A stretch of 64,000 nucleotides of DNA from Guillardia theta CCMP2712 (GCF_000315625.1 NW_005434657.1:535319-599318), one strand, 5' to 3'; numbered from the stretch's first letter, positions 22,312 to 35,806 are shown. The notes: a model not told the origin generated them from the sequence alone. Translations and numbers: made by a program.

Positions 22312-24289
22312 TTGCTGCAACAGCAATCAGAAGGCGCGTATGCGAGGTCCTTGGGTCTTCCGGGTATGCTCAATCGCCACCATGAGTTCCAACCTCATGT
22401 TGCAATGAAGGTCCCGATGCTTCGGTGTTGTCTTCCTCTCCCAGTGGAGAGAGCGACTCGCAGGTCGAATCCTTCCCCGCACTCCGACCGCATCCTGACG
22501 TGATCACAGGCAATGAAGAACTGGCTACGAGAGACCGCTTCGTTGAGGCGGAAGCACATGGGTGGAAGCAATGCCTTGTCTTCAAAGGTGATGTTCCTTG
22601 ATGCTTGCTGGAGCGTTCACTTCATGACTGATGCTCCTCCTGACAGGCAAAGACTCAAACATTGGCTGGAGCCTACGCGTACTCCCCAACAGCAATGCAA
22701 CCAACCATTTCCATTCCTGCGCCTGCTGGATATACCATCAGGAATGGAGTATCAGTGCATGGCATAGTCGATATTGCTGCCCCTCTGGATCCCGACACAG
22801 GAACGGCGGTGCCGGGAATTGTTGTACCATCGGGCAAACAGACTGCTGCACAGAAGTTGTCGTCTCAGCAAGCAACCGCGGTGGATCCTCGCATGCAGGT
22901 TGTTATACCTCAGATGCGCTGCTGCTGTGGAATGGGATGAGATTATCTTTCTACAGGTCAATCCAACCACTGGGGTCGCGCAATCATATCAAGCGGCAGC
23001 TGGCGGCATGAATGCTGCTCTGTATGGTCAAAAGATGGCAGCACTATCCTCCCAGACGCAACCGCAGGTGGTTATCTGATCAATGCGTATTACTACATTG
23101 TGACTGGCTAGCCAGCAATTGGCTCAAGTTGAGGAGGACGAAGACATGTATCCGACAGAACCAGCCGCCTCAGAGAGCTACCTAGCGGGCCCCGGCGACA
23201 CCTACAACGTGGGTGACGTGGATGGAAGTGATTTGCGTACATTGATGGGTGTGCTGTCCAGGTTCCGGAGTATCCAAAGCCGCAAGTGTATACGGAGAAA
23301 GGAGGGCCTCTGGTTTCAGAGGACGAACCGCAGAAGTTTAACGATTACCCCGAAAGCTCCAGTGCTCTCACTAGCGGCGTCACCTCGTCTCCTCCAGTAT
23401 ATCAGGTAATGAGAAACTTGTCAGTCGATGGATCTGGTTGAAGAATTTGTACAGGCTCCTAAGCCGGTTCCTAACTTCTTCAGTCCTCCTTTCCAGCAAT
23501 GGGAAGGTTCGGATGCTCTGTTGTGGAGTGTAAAGAGACTGACACGTTTTGAAGACGAAGATGCAGCACAACATGCGTACAATCTGCAGCAATGGCGATT
23601 AAAGATTTTGCAGGCTAAGGTGCTTATCACAAAATTTGTTTGGCGATCATCAACTCGTTCTTGCAAAGGTACAACAAGCAGCATTGAGGAAGAAGTTGCT
23701 CGACTTGGCGACTGAGAGCACAGATAAAACTTCTGTCCATGACGACCACCAGTAATTTTTTCACGACGTGGTTAATTTAGAAGTCTGACTCTGATACCAG
23801 CCACCATCGACATCATCTTGCTTACCGTCGTAGAGATCGTGAATCCAGACGTCACAGGGAGAAATTCTTCCACGAGGTCGACAAGCTTCGACGAGCCACA
23901 GGCCTGCAATTGAAGCACATCGAGCAGCAGGTTTACGGCACCGCCTTATAACACCCTCATCTTAGCACCTCCACCCCCCCGCATCGTTTTGAAATGATGG
24001 ATCTACAGGTCCTTGCTCTGGCTCACTTGACTGAGAAGTCAGTCAAGAACATGCGAAAAGGTGCCGCATCGAATCGCAGTTGTGCGTTCATGATGGAGGT
24101 TTCGCAGAACAATCTGATTCCGATCATCAAGCCGATGATCAAAACCCACCGAAACAAGTGGGAGCCTTGCGGAAGCTGAAGGCGCACACAGATGCTGAGT
24201 TCAAAGAAATAATGCAGGCGGTCAAGGTCCGTGAAATGATGCCCGTGGTAGCCGTGCAACTTACACAATCATTAGGCGCTGAGGAGTAA
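22312..24289 (+). CDS. Hypothetical multi-exon Gln/Ala/Pro-rich protein; start uncertain
   Basis: Exon-like pieces joined by short GT-AG introns (AGAYAYSPTAMQPTISIPAP..., QQLAQVEEDEDMYP..., LQQWRLKILQAK, ...VQLTQSLGAEE*). No family recognised. Confidence 0.55.
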
Positions 24290-24576
24290 GATTGATCATG
24301 GCCACGACATAGCAGCCATCGCGGAAGAATCAGCCAAGAGGGATGGTGGGGTTCCTGCACAGGTAGGGCAAGAGAATCTATGAGGTGGGAAGTGATTGCT
24401 TTGGTACATTAGGTGGCGCTATGGAAGAAAGTAACAACAGATACGAACAGATAAAGTTTGTTTCTTGATGAGTAAACAGCCTTTTTTACAATTCGATTAC
24501 TTTACACATCTCTTCAGTATCAAGTCAGCTTCAGTCACAATCACCCTGATCCTCAGACTATTCATCGTGAATCTCA

Positions 24577-25164
24577 TCATATTCTCATGTCTTCCAACGA
24601 TGTGTAGTGCTCTATCCAATGCAAAACTTCCGGGTTGCTCAGGTCACAGATCCATGCAACATTGTAGCCGCATGTAGAGTTGTTCGTCTGACATTCTGGC
24701 CAGGTGTCCAACTCCATCATGTCGTAGCTGCCAAAGGCGCTTTTCTCGTGATCGTTTTCGCGTTTCAACTGCATGGCTGGATCGGACTCCTCCTTCAATT
24801 CATGCACGGCAACGTTAGCATTGCCTTCATCGCTAGGAAGAGAAGTCGGCGTGCTTGCGTTCTGGCCATTATCCTTTTCCTTGGGCGAGCAGGTAAAACG
24901 CGAGTAAGGCCATCGATGTACTCCAAGTCTTCGACAAGCTGATTTCAAGCTAGAAAGTGAGATGCCCTGCAACGGCAGTGAGCAAATCGAAAAACATTGG
25001 AGTTATAGGAGAAGCTTTACCAGTCTAGATGCAGCATCCTCCTGACGAAGATGGAATAAGCTTTGTATGGATGGAAGATCGATCTCGATAAGCAAACCCG
25101 ATGGAACATAATTTTGTTGCCTTGGGCGTGCTGTGACGACAACTGTTTGTTCTCTGAGATCCAT
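24577..25164 (-). CDS. RWP-RK domain transcription factor, paralogue 1 (2 exons, intron 24967-25020)
   Basis: MDLREQTVVVTARPR...IDLPSIQSLFHLRQEDAASRL|GISLSSLKSACRRLGVHRWPYSR. Confidence 0.9.
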
Positions 25165-28100
25165 TCTTGAGGACAAATCTTGAGAAAGCAGAAAGAGAGG
25201 ACAAGCCCTTCGATGTACCGACTGTTTCCTTCTTGTACACGACAGGTAAACAGTGGAAGGATCTTAGTCTCCCCTTACTAAAGCGCAAAGATGAAAAACG
25301 AGACCACGTATGTACAAGTTGAAGCGACTGCAGCAAGGAAGACAAGTGTTCACTACAGCAGCAAGACAAGGGAAGGACAGGAGAAGAGGACGGGCAGGGT
25401 AGGAGAAGGAGGACGTGGAAGATGTGGAAGCGGGGGGGGGCAAGATAAGGTGGAAGCAGACGGAGTGCAGCTTGTAAGGCTCGAGGAGAGGAGTCAGAGC
25501 GAGCCTCCAGGGGTATGGGTGCTGACCCTACCTTAGATTATCATGACCAAAGTATCTAAATGAAGGGGGTAGTGAAGAGGACTCAAGGGTCGAGCTACAC
25601 CGGGGGTACATAGATGCAGAAGTGTGGTGTAGTAAATTATGGTCCCTGACATGATGCGGATGAAGTTCCAGGGTGCGTACGTACCCCTACCACATGTTAC
25701 GCAGGGCAACGTACGGGTCAGACATAGAAGTGGTCACATGGGGAATTTCTAAATGTTCTAGGGGGTGGGTATAGAAGAATCTCAACGACGAGATGTGAAT
25801 TCGCACTGATTGAGATGGAGTGTTTAACTGAAGATGGCGTCTGTGCACACGGATCTGGAGGCAGTCACACGAGCATATTCCAACCGTTGTGTTTAAGAGA
25901 ATACGGTCTCCCCGGACACCACGTGATCTCTACAGCATCCCTGTAAGGCCTTCACCTGCATGCATCAGTTACCTGCACGAAAAAATATTGTTTGGAGTCA
26001 GGCAACCTCTGGACACGGAGATCACAGTGAAAACATGTCTTTTTGCATCGATCCGATTTCAAACCCCCAACGCTTGGTTGGTGGTCACGTGCAAACTCAA
26101 TTGAGGTTCACATGAAAACCTCTTATCCCCCCTCTGACCCCTTCGGACTGTGCTCCCCCTATCCGATGCCACCCCTACCCCCCTCAGATCCATTGAAAAT
26201 ACCCCTTCTGGAACAGGATATATTCCCCCGTGCCTTGTTTTGACTTCTTGACACATCTTCGTCCCCCGCTCCTACACTTCACGCTCCCTTCCAGCTCCCT
26301 TCCTCCACTTTTGCCAACCGAATTTCGTCTACTTCATCGCTATCCCGCTCCACAATCGTTAGTTGTCGCAACAGCTGAAACAGTATCGCAGCTCACCTGC
26401 ACATTTACACCTTCTTCACCAGTCAAGGACTTGCCCTCGCTCGATTCTTTTTCGTCGAGAAGACCTAGCAGGGGTCAATGATGCACCTGCACGGAAGTAG
26501 TATGGCTGAGGGAGGATCTCCCACTAGCCCCACAGCACCTGATGTCCAACCAAATTCGAGCTGCTTGGCAAAGGGAACGACTCTTGACCAGATCGCTAGA
26601 CCCTCGGGGGATCGTTCCGAACCACCAAGAACGCAGCAGCTTGACGAGAATCAGGTGCGGTTGAGGTTGTATGGATGCCCACATCGAACAAGACAGCTGC
26701 GGGCACTTGATACCTCGATGTCACTGATCCGAAGACATGCCACTATCCGAACAGCCCTGGGAGACTTTGCCATGCTGTGAAGCTTTTTCTTGCGTTGTGA
26801 ACCTTGTTCTTGCAGAAGTTTTTAGTTTGTGATTGAGTACTTGGCACTTAGTAAATTATTCTTTTCAAGTCATTTAGATTTCGTTATCACGTGGACAGAT
26901 TATGCTGACCCCTGTCTGATCTACATGGGATAGGAATCCATCTTGACCTAGACAGAATAGCTTTCTGTAGAGGAGGGTTTGCCAATGACAGGCCGTGCTT
27001 ACAGTCATGGCCTCAAACATCACCAACTTATACATCGAAACTAACCCACACATTGTTGCTATCGCTTCCAGTTGGTTGATGTGCCAAAGATCAAGCCTTC
27101 GGTTTATGAGACTCAAAGTAGACCAAAGGAGGAAGCCAGATGAGATCACAAAACCAACAATCTCATCGTCATGTGGTAATGAGACGATAACAGTGCAGCT
27201 ATTGAATGCAAGGGACAATTGAAGCAAACAGGTGAAGCAAACAGGTGAAACAGGTGATATTCAACGCAGGGTGCAATCGAAGCAAACAGGCAACGACTTT
27301 GGAAGAGAGATTTTGTGACGCAATCACAATGGTGATTATGATTGCGTATTGTGGGAGTTGAGATGCGGGGATGTATGTGCCGGGGCAGAGGAGTTGATGT
27401 TCCACTTTTCTTTCAAACTGTACACATTTGCCCTAAAACGAACATGAAAAATGTGTTCTGGACAAGAGTGAAGAATGTGGACTGATACAGCGTCAGGGGC
27501 GGGGTAAGACAATGCTAAGCAAGCAGTGTTCATTTTTTGGGGAAGTAACTCTATTCGACAACCTAACGGAGAAGCCAAGAAGTGTGATAGTAATGTCGAT
27601 ATTACTTATGGTTAGAAGCATCTTGCAAGTGGCGAGGAGGAACAGGTAATGCGGTGGTATCGGTGAACTTCAGTATGATGAGGATTGATGCTCAGACTAG
27701 GAGGTACCAGGATGATACCGAGTACCATTGAGCAGGAAAACTGTTGAATGAGCAAAACTAAATGGATGGAACAAGTTCATCAATACAAGTGAAGGCATGG
27801 AAGTCTTAGAGGTGACGTTTAGGGTTAGAAGGATTGACAGTGCAGATGATGAACACAAATACAGCATAACCAAAAGAGAATTTGATGCTAGATGGGATAG
27901 AGAGAAATGAAAGTTAAACGAGCATAGGAGGAAATGAGATGTGATAGCACCAACGACCATGATTGTGGACAATGAATGTGGGATTGGTTTGAACCAAAAT
28001 TTTATGTTCCATCATGTACTCACATTGTTTCACCAAGGTCCAAACCTGCCTCATGCCGATGCTGACAACATGGCAGGATGATTGAGACTGTGAATGTATC

Positions 28101-28191
28101 TGTCAATCCTTTAACCTGTAAATTTGAGCACTGTTTAATTGTTGTATGTACATCTAGCTTGCAAGCTCAGGAAACAAGTCGCTCAACAGTC

Positions 28192-28775
28192 TCAGTCTGA
28201 CATGTAATCATCACTACTTGTCAGGAAATGCTTCAGCCATCGGGCACTTTCCCTTGAAAAGTTGCAAACCCAATTGACATCCAAATTTGCCTCATTGACC
28301 TGGGAGCATTCCAACCATCGAGGCTCTGTCTGAGCCAACCGGGGCCAACTAGCAGGGGGAAACTCTACAGGATGGGGAGGGTCAGAGAGATTTCGAGAAG
28401 GCCCTTGATCTGTATCGTCTCGGCTCACAGCGAGTTCGTCACTCGAAAGATTGTTCGGCGAGATTTGCCGCTGCTCGTCGTCTTCTGGCTCAATGTTGGT
28501 GCCATGCAGCCTTGAATACGGCCATCTCCTCACCCTCAGTCGCCTACAGGCAGATTTCAAGCTGGAAAGAGAGATCCCCTGCCGCCATGTCAGGATTTTC
28601 AAACAGCAGTATTAGTAGCATAAGAGGAAAATCTTACAAGTGAGGCAGCGGCGTCTTCCTGGCGCATGTGAAACATTCCTTCAATCGTCGGCAGGTCTAG
28701 GTCTACGGGAAGGCCCGATGGAACTTCAGCATCTTTTCTAGGTCTAGCTGTTACTCGCACAGTCTGCGCTGTCAT
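28192..28775 (-). CDS. RWP-RK domain transcription factor, paralogue 2 (2 exons)
   Basis: MTAQTVRVTARPRK...LDLPTIEGMFHMRQEDAAASL|GISLSSLKSACRRLRVRRWPYSR. Confidence 0.9.
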
Positions 28776-29562
28776 AAGATACCAGGATAGTTGAGATTCC
28801 TTCAAAATTCACAAGAAGAATTGCAGCAATGTTGAACAAAACACACCAGTTGTGTCATACAAAAGTCGATTCCTGGTAAAGGATGAAAGAAAAGACAAGC
28901 GTGTTAGAACTCTATGTACTAGGGTGTGATGGTTTCAATCAGACTCGCTCAGGTTTGCGATGGCAAGTTGAAGTCGATCTGATAGTAGCAAAGGTGGTGG
29001 AGGCCGAGGATCCGAGGAACAAGGGGCGAGTGCGCGCCGGCGCGGAGAAGAGATGGGGAGGGTGCAGCCTTGTCGAGCAACGCAATCGGTAGTAAATTGA
29101 GGAATACGAGCTGTGCGAAAACACACCCTTTCCTTTACTTCTTACACCAGGTGTCGCAGCCAAGTGGTCTCCGTGCACAACCTGCTGACAAAAAGGTCTT
29201 TCCAGAATCTCATTCGATCTGCAGGTTTTCAGTCACACTGGCCTCCGCCACACCAGTCCAACGACATGACGACATTAGAAATAAATTAATATTTATATTT
29301 CCATACGTCTCCGTACAAAATACAGTACCAAATCCTCTCTACCAGTACATATGTTCGAGAAAACAACAACTAGTTTTATGCTGTTCGGGCTTTGAGCATC
29401 AGCGACTGCCTTTCGATTGGTTTGCCTCCTTCATGTCACGGCACTTGGAACCTCGTGACTAGTGCCCTAAAAGGGATGTCCTCGGCCCCGTTCCTTACCA
29501 GCAATTATTTACGCAGAATTGCTGCGAGTGAACCAGCCTGCCATTGCAACATCCCTTACGTA

Positions 29563-29658
29563 CTCATCATGAACAAGTTGATATAAGTGCTCGTCATGAA
29601 CAAGTTGATATAAGTACTCATCATGAACAAGTTGATATAAGTGCTCATCATGAACAAG
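29563..29658 (+). repeat. 27-bp tandem minisatellite, about 3.6 copies
   Basis: Unit ctc(a/g)tcatgaacaagttgatataagt(g/a) repeated head to tail with no spacers. Confidence 0.95.
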
Positions 29659-31049
29659 GCAACAAGAAGGAATGACGGTTCAGGATGGAGCATATGTACC
29701 CGCATGAGAGAGCTGACACGTCTCCTTCATCCATCCTCATTGAGGGATATGAGAGCTCAAGCTTCGTTGATGTTACTTACCAACATCACATCTTCATTGG
29801 TTGAGACAAAACAGCTCTTGCTCATTTAAGTTGATTCTATTCTGACCTGACTCTGACTTCTGCGGACAACTACTGTCACTCTCAGCATATTGTTCCTCAT
29901 CCACTATCCTGCAGAAACTCAGGTTCTTGACCGTACTTCCTTCTCAGAACTTCAAATCAAGAAAATGATACCTTGTCGTTAGTTCTCGCTCAATCCATCT
30001 GGAAATCGGAGATGCGCCCGGCCATCCTCCATCACCGTCCAACTTTCATCCTCCATTCTCCACCCTCCACCCTCCACCGAATGAACGTCGAGGCAGAGGT
30101 TATCTTTTGCAGATTCATGCAGAGAAGATCTCTCGCATATTTGGTGCTTCAGCCTCAAGTTCGAACTTAGCTGTCTCTGATTGCTCGAGTTGGCTCGCTC
30201 ACCCGACCGTACCAGCATGTGGCGATCCAAACCGTTGCCTGTTTCACGACCGCTGTTACGAAATTATGTTGGCCAAAGTTGAAAGATTGAAAGAAACATT
30301 GAAATATTTCAAAATTTCTGAACGGATCGTGATGCGCCTGCGCATACCGGGACTGTCCAAGAAACGTTGTTTTAAACAAATCCTTATAAATGCTGGTCAA
30401 AAAGGTCAAATCGAGCTTCGCACCCTCCCCCGAGGCCGCCTCTGGTCCTGAACCAATCCTTCCGTCTGAGCTTCCTTCACTTTGATTCCATCATAGCACT
30501 GTTCAGATGATCAAAATCTCAAAGGAAAGGCTATCGTGGGTTGCCTTCAATGATCATCTGTTTGCCACGATCACGTCTGTTAGCACATTCTCATGAGTGT
30601 GACTGACGCAGGGTTATCGTAATAAGAATGCCTTACAAACCATGAGCAGATTGACACTGAAACTTACCGCAGTGATTTTGCAGAAATACACATGCTTGAA
30701 AGCCTACTGAGAAAATGCATGCAGTGATAGAAATCTTCTCATTGCCTCAAAACAGTAACATAATCACAAGAAGTCGAATATCTTCAAGAGTTATGCGACG
30801 GTAACTAAAGCGATAGCTGCACTTGCCAAGAGAGGGAAAATCGGACATTCTGTAGTTGCTTGCAAGGAAAAATAGGTCACAAAAGTCTACTGCAAAGCCG
30901 CATAAATGTGTGTCACGCGCATCTGCGATGAAGACAGAAGGAAGCTTGGCCAGCAACTGATGGATGGCCGTTTTCATGTTCAGATGTGAAAAATAGACGG
31001 TTGATTCACATTTTTCAGCATTGTGTATTTTTGTGCAATATTTCTAAAA

Positions 31050-31705
31050 TTATATGGGTTCGTCTTTACATACTGGTTCGAAATCTTTGGCGTTGACAAA
31101 CCATTCTATCCAGGATGGCGCCAGTGTTTGAACGTGCAAACCTGCGCTGCTGCTTCCAGCTGCATCCTCGCCACTGGAACTATACGACTGTGATGACGAG
31201 GTTGTATAGATTAATTCTGCCGCAGGTCGGATCGTCGGATGATGGAGGAAATGTTGTGTTGAGGCGCTTGAAATACTTGTGTCATTATGAAAGCTATGTT
31301 CGACCGAGCCGAACCCCGCTGCGAGTTGCGTAGAATTGAGGTCCGGACTAGCAACACTGGGGTGCACGTGCTGAGGTGCATCCGCGACTTCCAGCGCTGT
31401 CTCCATCTCAGTAGGGGAATCAGCAGCCGCCTGATTCCGATTCCGCGAGTAAGGCCATCTCTTCACACCCAGCCTACGGCATGCTGACTTGAGGCTTGTA
31501 AGTGAAATCCCCTATCAAACGCCGAGTCAAGGATTAAAGTCGCTGCTACACAACCACAGAGACTCGGGCGTACCAGTGCAGCTGCTGCATCTTCTTGCCT
31601 CAGATGGTAAAGACTCTCCACAGTCTGTAGATCAATCTCTATGCTTGAACCTTCACGGTCCTCCCCCCTCCTTGGTCGAGCTTTGACATTGACGATGTTT
31701 TGCAT
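31050..31705 (-). CDS. RWP-RK domain transcription factor, paralogue 3 (2 exons)
   Basis: MQNIVNVKARPRR...IDLQTVESLYHLRQEDAAAAL|GISLTSLKSACRRLGVKRWPYSR. Confidence 0.9.
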
Positions 31706-33139
31706 CTATATGTCTCTCACTGATTTTTCAATCTCGAGCAAATTCCTTCAAGGGCATCATGTCAAAGTATGAATCTGTTTCATTCGATTCCGTCAGAATG
31801 ACAGCTGATCTTGGTTGTACGGTCACCTGGACATCAACCTTGGACGCTGGACCAGCAACTTTCAATCCTGCTTTGGAATCAAATCAGTTCAAAATCGCAT
31901 GAACAAGCAGGATCAAGTCTTGAATTTTATCGGTATTGCCTGTACCATGTCACATTACACAGGTGATGGGTTGGCGGGGGAGGATGCAGCACAGCAGACA
32001 GGGGTGGTCTCGCTCCAGTGTGATGGAAATATGACGAGAAGGTTGGAGATCAAAGGAGTGTTCAAGATATTTGGCTAGGTGAGCATGCCACAAGCGCTCC
32101 TTCATGCCGCTCTATCAAGGCTCGCGTGCAGTGGAGGTCGGGGCGAGGAGAGGAAGTGTACCCCTTGATAGGGAACGGGGGAAAGACGGGGGTGGGGTGG
32201 ATGGGTCTGATCGAAGGTGTGTATTTAAAACTTTACAAACATTTTAGCGAATAGTGTGGTAGTAACGAAATGAGATTGCGGTACAACCTCGAGATAAATT
32301 GCAGTACAACTGAGGTAATGTTGTACTGTGCCACTGGTACACACTGCAAGAAATGTTCGTTGTAAAGTAACAAGATGCGTGGGTCTTCCTCTATTGCTGC
32401 GATTCAATAATTTATTGCGAGGGGCCCAAGTGATATCAAGAGAATACATTTTTGTTTACACCTTTGTAGAATTTTTATGGCAAGAAGTCTAAACTAAAAT
32501 GATTGTAATCAGCTTGGCAGTCTCATCTACGACCCTAGGAGGAAAAAAAAAGATCTCGAGATTTTAAAAATTAGGACGGGCATGTCAGCACTCCAACCTC
32601 TTAATTGCCAGGTGTTTTGACTGTTGCGAGTGAGGAAGCTCCCCAACGGGATCGAGAGATGCGAGGTTGTGAAGCCTGTGAAGCCAACACATGAATGTCA
32701 CGCTATGGCAACGTGCAGATCGACACAACAGACATTCAGCTATCTTCGTCTGCACGGGAGGGATGCTGGTCACCTAGCTCTGTCTAAAGAAAGCTGATTG
32801 AAACAACCACCAGGCAGCAAGTTTGGGGAATCAGAGAGCGTACCAGCGCAATGTGTGTTGTGTTTACTCGAACACAACGAGCACGACAGACTGATGCCGT
32901 CGGCTACAACATAAACCTATTCCCCTCCACGTCTGCTACACGTGCGGGGCACTGTGTGCGGTATGCAACTGACCACCTTGCACTATTGCAGCAGCATGCT
33001 GCACGTATCGAGGCTCGATGCGCTCATCCTGTACCGAGGTAGCTGTTGGATTCAACTATGACATTGCAGCATTTTATTTGAAGCCAAATTAGTACCAGTC
33101 TACACCAATTACACGATAATAGCTGGTCATCAAGAAGGT

Positions 33140-35372
33140 CTATCGCGGAGCATCTTGTGGAGCCCAAACATATTCCTACATTAGAATCAATTAAGAGATC
33201 AGCTCAATCATATGTGAAAAGAGGTTACCCTTATCAAGTTCCGAAGGGCATGGTTTTGGGTCAGTGATAGATGCGACAACTACGATGGAGTCAGGAGAAC
33301 GAAAATATCGCGCATGGGAGACGCGCACTGGCGCTCCTGTCTTGGGAGAGGAGCGATGTCCCAGCGCCAGCCACTCCTAAACGATCTCATCTGACGCGGC
33401 AACGAGCAGCTGAGAAATTTCACCTCCATGGCCTCCTTTTCGTAACTGAAACCATCGGCTGCTAGGACAGGGTTGCTCATAGGCTCAAGCTGTGAAACTT
33501 TCTAGTCAGAGGCGAACGATCGAAAGACAGTATCAACCGTAATTGGACAAAGAAATTCGTCAGGGATGTGTGAAGAATCGTTGGAGTTGCTCTTGAGAGG
33601 AAGCTGAGTGAGGTTTCAGCGTACGAGAGGAGTCACCGGACTTACCTTGACTGATTGACCGACAGGATGCGACACCACTCGTCGTCCCCTACGGCAAAGT
33701 TGAGGGGCAGCATGTAGAGGCATTCTAGACCTTCGTGGGTCCAGAATGACATCATCGTCGTCCGAATCCTCCATCTGTGCAGGCGCTGAAAGTCTTTTCC
33801 TTGGTTGTTCGGGTTGAGAGGGAACTGAATTTTGTTCGTCGAGGGACAACTTGATGGCAAGCTCGAGCATCCGATCTTCGAGATCCTTCAGACTTGAAGT
33901 TCAGGAGAGGTGTTGATGAAAGATGCGAATGAGCACACCTGCGCCTCTTTCCTGGACAAGCTTGTACGCTCTGCCATCGGGGCGCTGGGACGCTCTTTGT
34001 GCAGCATGGCAGATACACTTCTGACACTATCCTTGCCGTCCGCCCCTTGGACGGCAATGATATCGCCTGTGACTACTTCCTGCGCTGGGCGAAGTATTTG
34101 TAGGTCTATGCTCTCATTGGTCTGCAGGCCATTTCGAATGATTGACAGTACTTCCTGCTAGGGTGTGAAACGGCGAAACAGAATGCAGTCATTCTTACCT
34201 TCTCTTTCCCCTTGACACTGCAATTGTTCACTTTCTCGATGACATCGCCGACTTGAAGTCTGCTTTCGGCAGCGATAGACTGCTCCTACACATCAAACAC
34301 TTTCATTCTTCCATGTCCATGGTTTACCCTTGGAGCTATTTCACGGATCGCAAATCCTGGATAGGCTAGATCCTGTAAGTTGAATCAAGTGATCAATCAT
34401 GAAGTACCTGAAGATTTTGAGATTCGCATCCCCAGCATCATCACGCTTCCACTCATGTCGACTTGACTTTTCAGCGCCACAACAAACCTGCCAATCACGA
34501 GCCTTTAAATGCGTGTCATTGCATCTCAAATATGCCATGACTACCTGTCTGAGTCAACTGGGCATGGTTCAGAGTTGACTGGCTCTGAAGAACTTTGTGA
34601 GGGAGGACTTGGATGCTCGTCTTAAAGCAAACATGTCATTCCGTATCCACAACAGAGTTTCTACCTTGATTCCGCTTTGCCTCCTTCTGAGTGGCAGCTA
34701 TCTTGGCAGCATTGAGTTGCCTGCACGCAGCAGCATTCAATGGTCTGCATTCTTGTCCAAACCATTCCTTCCAACCTCATCCAGATGTGCCTGACGTTGG
34801 TTCCCGCCCGCAGTCTCCAGCAACCGCCTCGAAATTTCACATCGAAGATGCCTTCATGCCGCGGCTGGCGACCTGACCTCAGAGCAGATAACAAAATTGC
34901 CAAGATTCACCAAGATTTCCTCAAAGTCTCGAGTGTATATTTTATCGCTTCCGAACTCGATCCTAGGAGCCGTCCTGTACAGCTTTGAGACAGGTAACAC
35001 AAAGTGAGGAGCAACGAACCTGCTGTTCATTGCTGCTAATGCTCGGTCTCTCCGTTCTCTCTCTGAGTTTTCTGATGGTCGGAAATAACGAAATGTATCA
35101 TCTGTCATGAGATGACATGAATCGTTTGTGCAATCATTAAAGGACTATACCTGTCAAGACAAAACGACGTTTGATCCACTTCTCGTCCCTGGATTTTGGT
35201 GGATCTTTCTTTCCGAAGAACCTCAGGATTCATCGTCAGCCACTGCAAATTTCGTCGACTCTCAAGTCGAAGTGAATTACAACCTTCCAAACATTCCTTT
35301 TGGCATTTGGATTTGATCATCATCGGGAATTTCTTCTTCTTGCATTTCAAGCAATCCTTCCATCCTCAGCAT
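33140..35372 (-). CDS. PH + PDZ + UIM + U-box E3 ubiquitin ligase (multi-exon)
   Basis: Hand-spliced. PH: MEGLLEMQ...KWIKRRFVLTDDTFRYFR...WRLRAGTNVRHIWMRQLNAAK. PDZ: LGMRISKS...GFAIREIAP...IAAESRLQVGDVIEKVNNCSVKG..EVLSIIR. UIM: EDRMLELAIKLSLDEQ. U-box: PDEFLCPI..MSNPVLAADGFSYEKEAME-EWLALGHRSSPKTG...NHALRNLIREY. TAG at 33140-33142. Confidence 0.8.
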
Positions 35373-35542
35373 TGCGCCGCAAACAATCCAATACCCAACT
35401 CAGCAGATCTCTAGTGACTGAACGAAGAATCAGATGGCGAATCTGAAAGAAACCGCAGATTGTTCTAGTTAGCGCTCTAAGTACGGTATAATGCCCAGCA
35501 AAAGAAATCTTCTGGATACTATTCGATCGTATCACTATTCTG

Positions 35543-35627
35543 CTTCTCTCTGCTCTCTTCTTCTCTCTTCTGCTCTCTTCTTCTCTCTTCTTCTCTCTTC
35601 TTCTCTCTTCTTCTCTCTTCTTCTCTC
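35543..35627 (+). repeat. (CTTCTCT/CTCTT)n polypyrimidine tract between divergent genes
   Basis: ctctcttcttctctcttc repeated between the starts of the U-box gene and the PPR gene. Confidence 0.85.
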
Positions 35628-35806
35628 ATCGCCGACTAGTTGTAGCTCCTTTTTGGGGGTAAGATTAGAAAAACGTCAAGCTGCCATGACTCCTTGAGGC
35701 GGACCCGTTGCACACTGGTATGCACGGCCGCGCCTGTGTTGCGGCTCGATTTCTTGTTCATGGCGGGGCGCATCGACCAGGAGGTGGAGGAGGGGCATGG
35801 GTGATA

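Noticed and set aside
29563-29658. Possible CRISPR array
   Set aside because: The 27-bp units abut with no unique spacers, there are no cas genes, and the context is eukaryotic.
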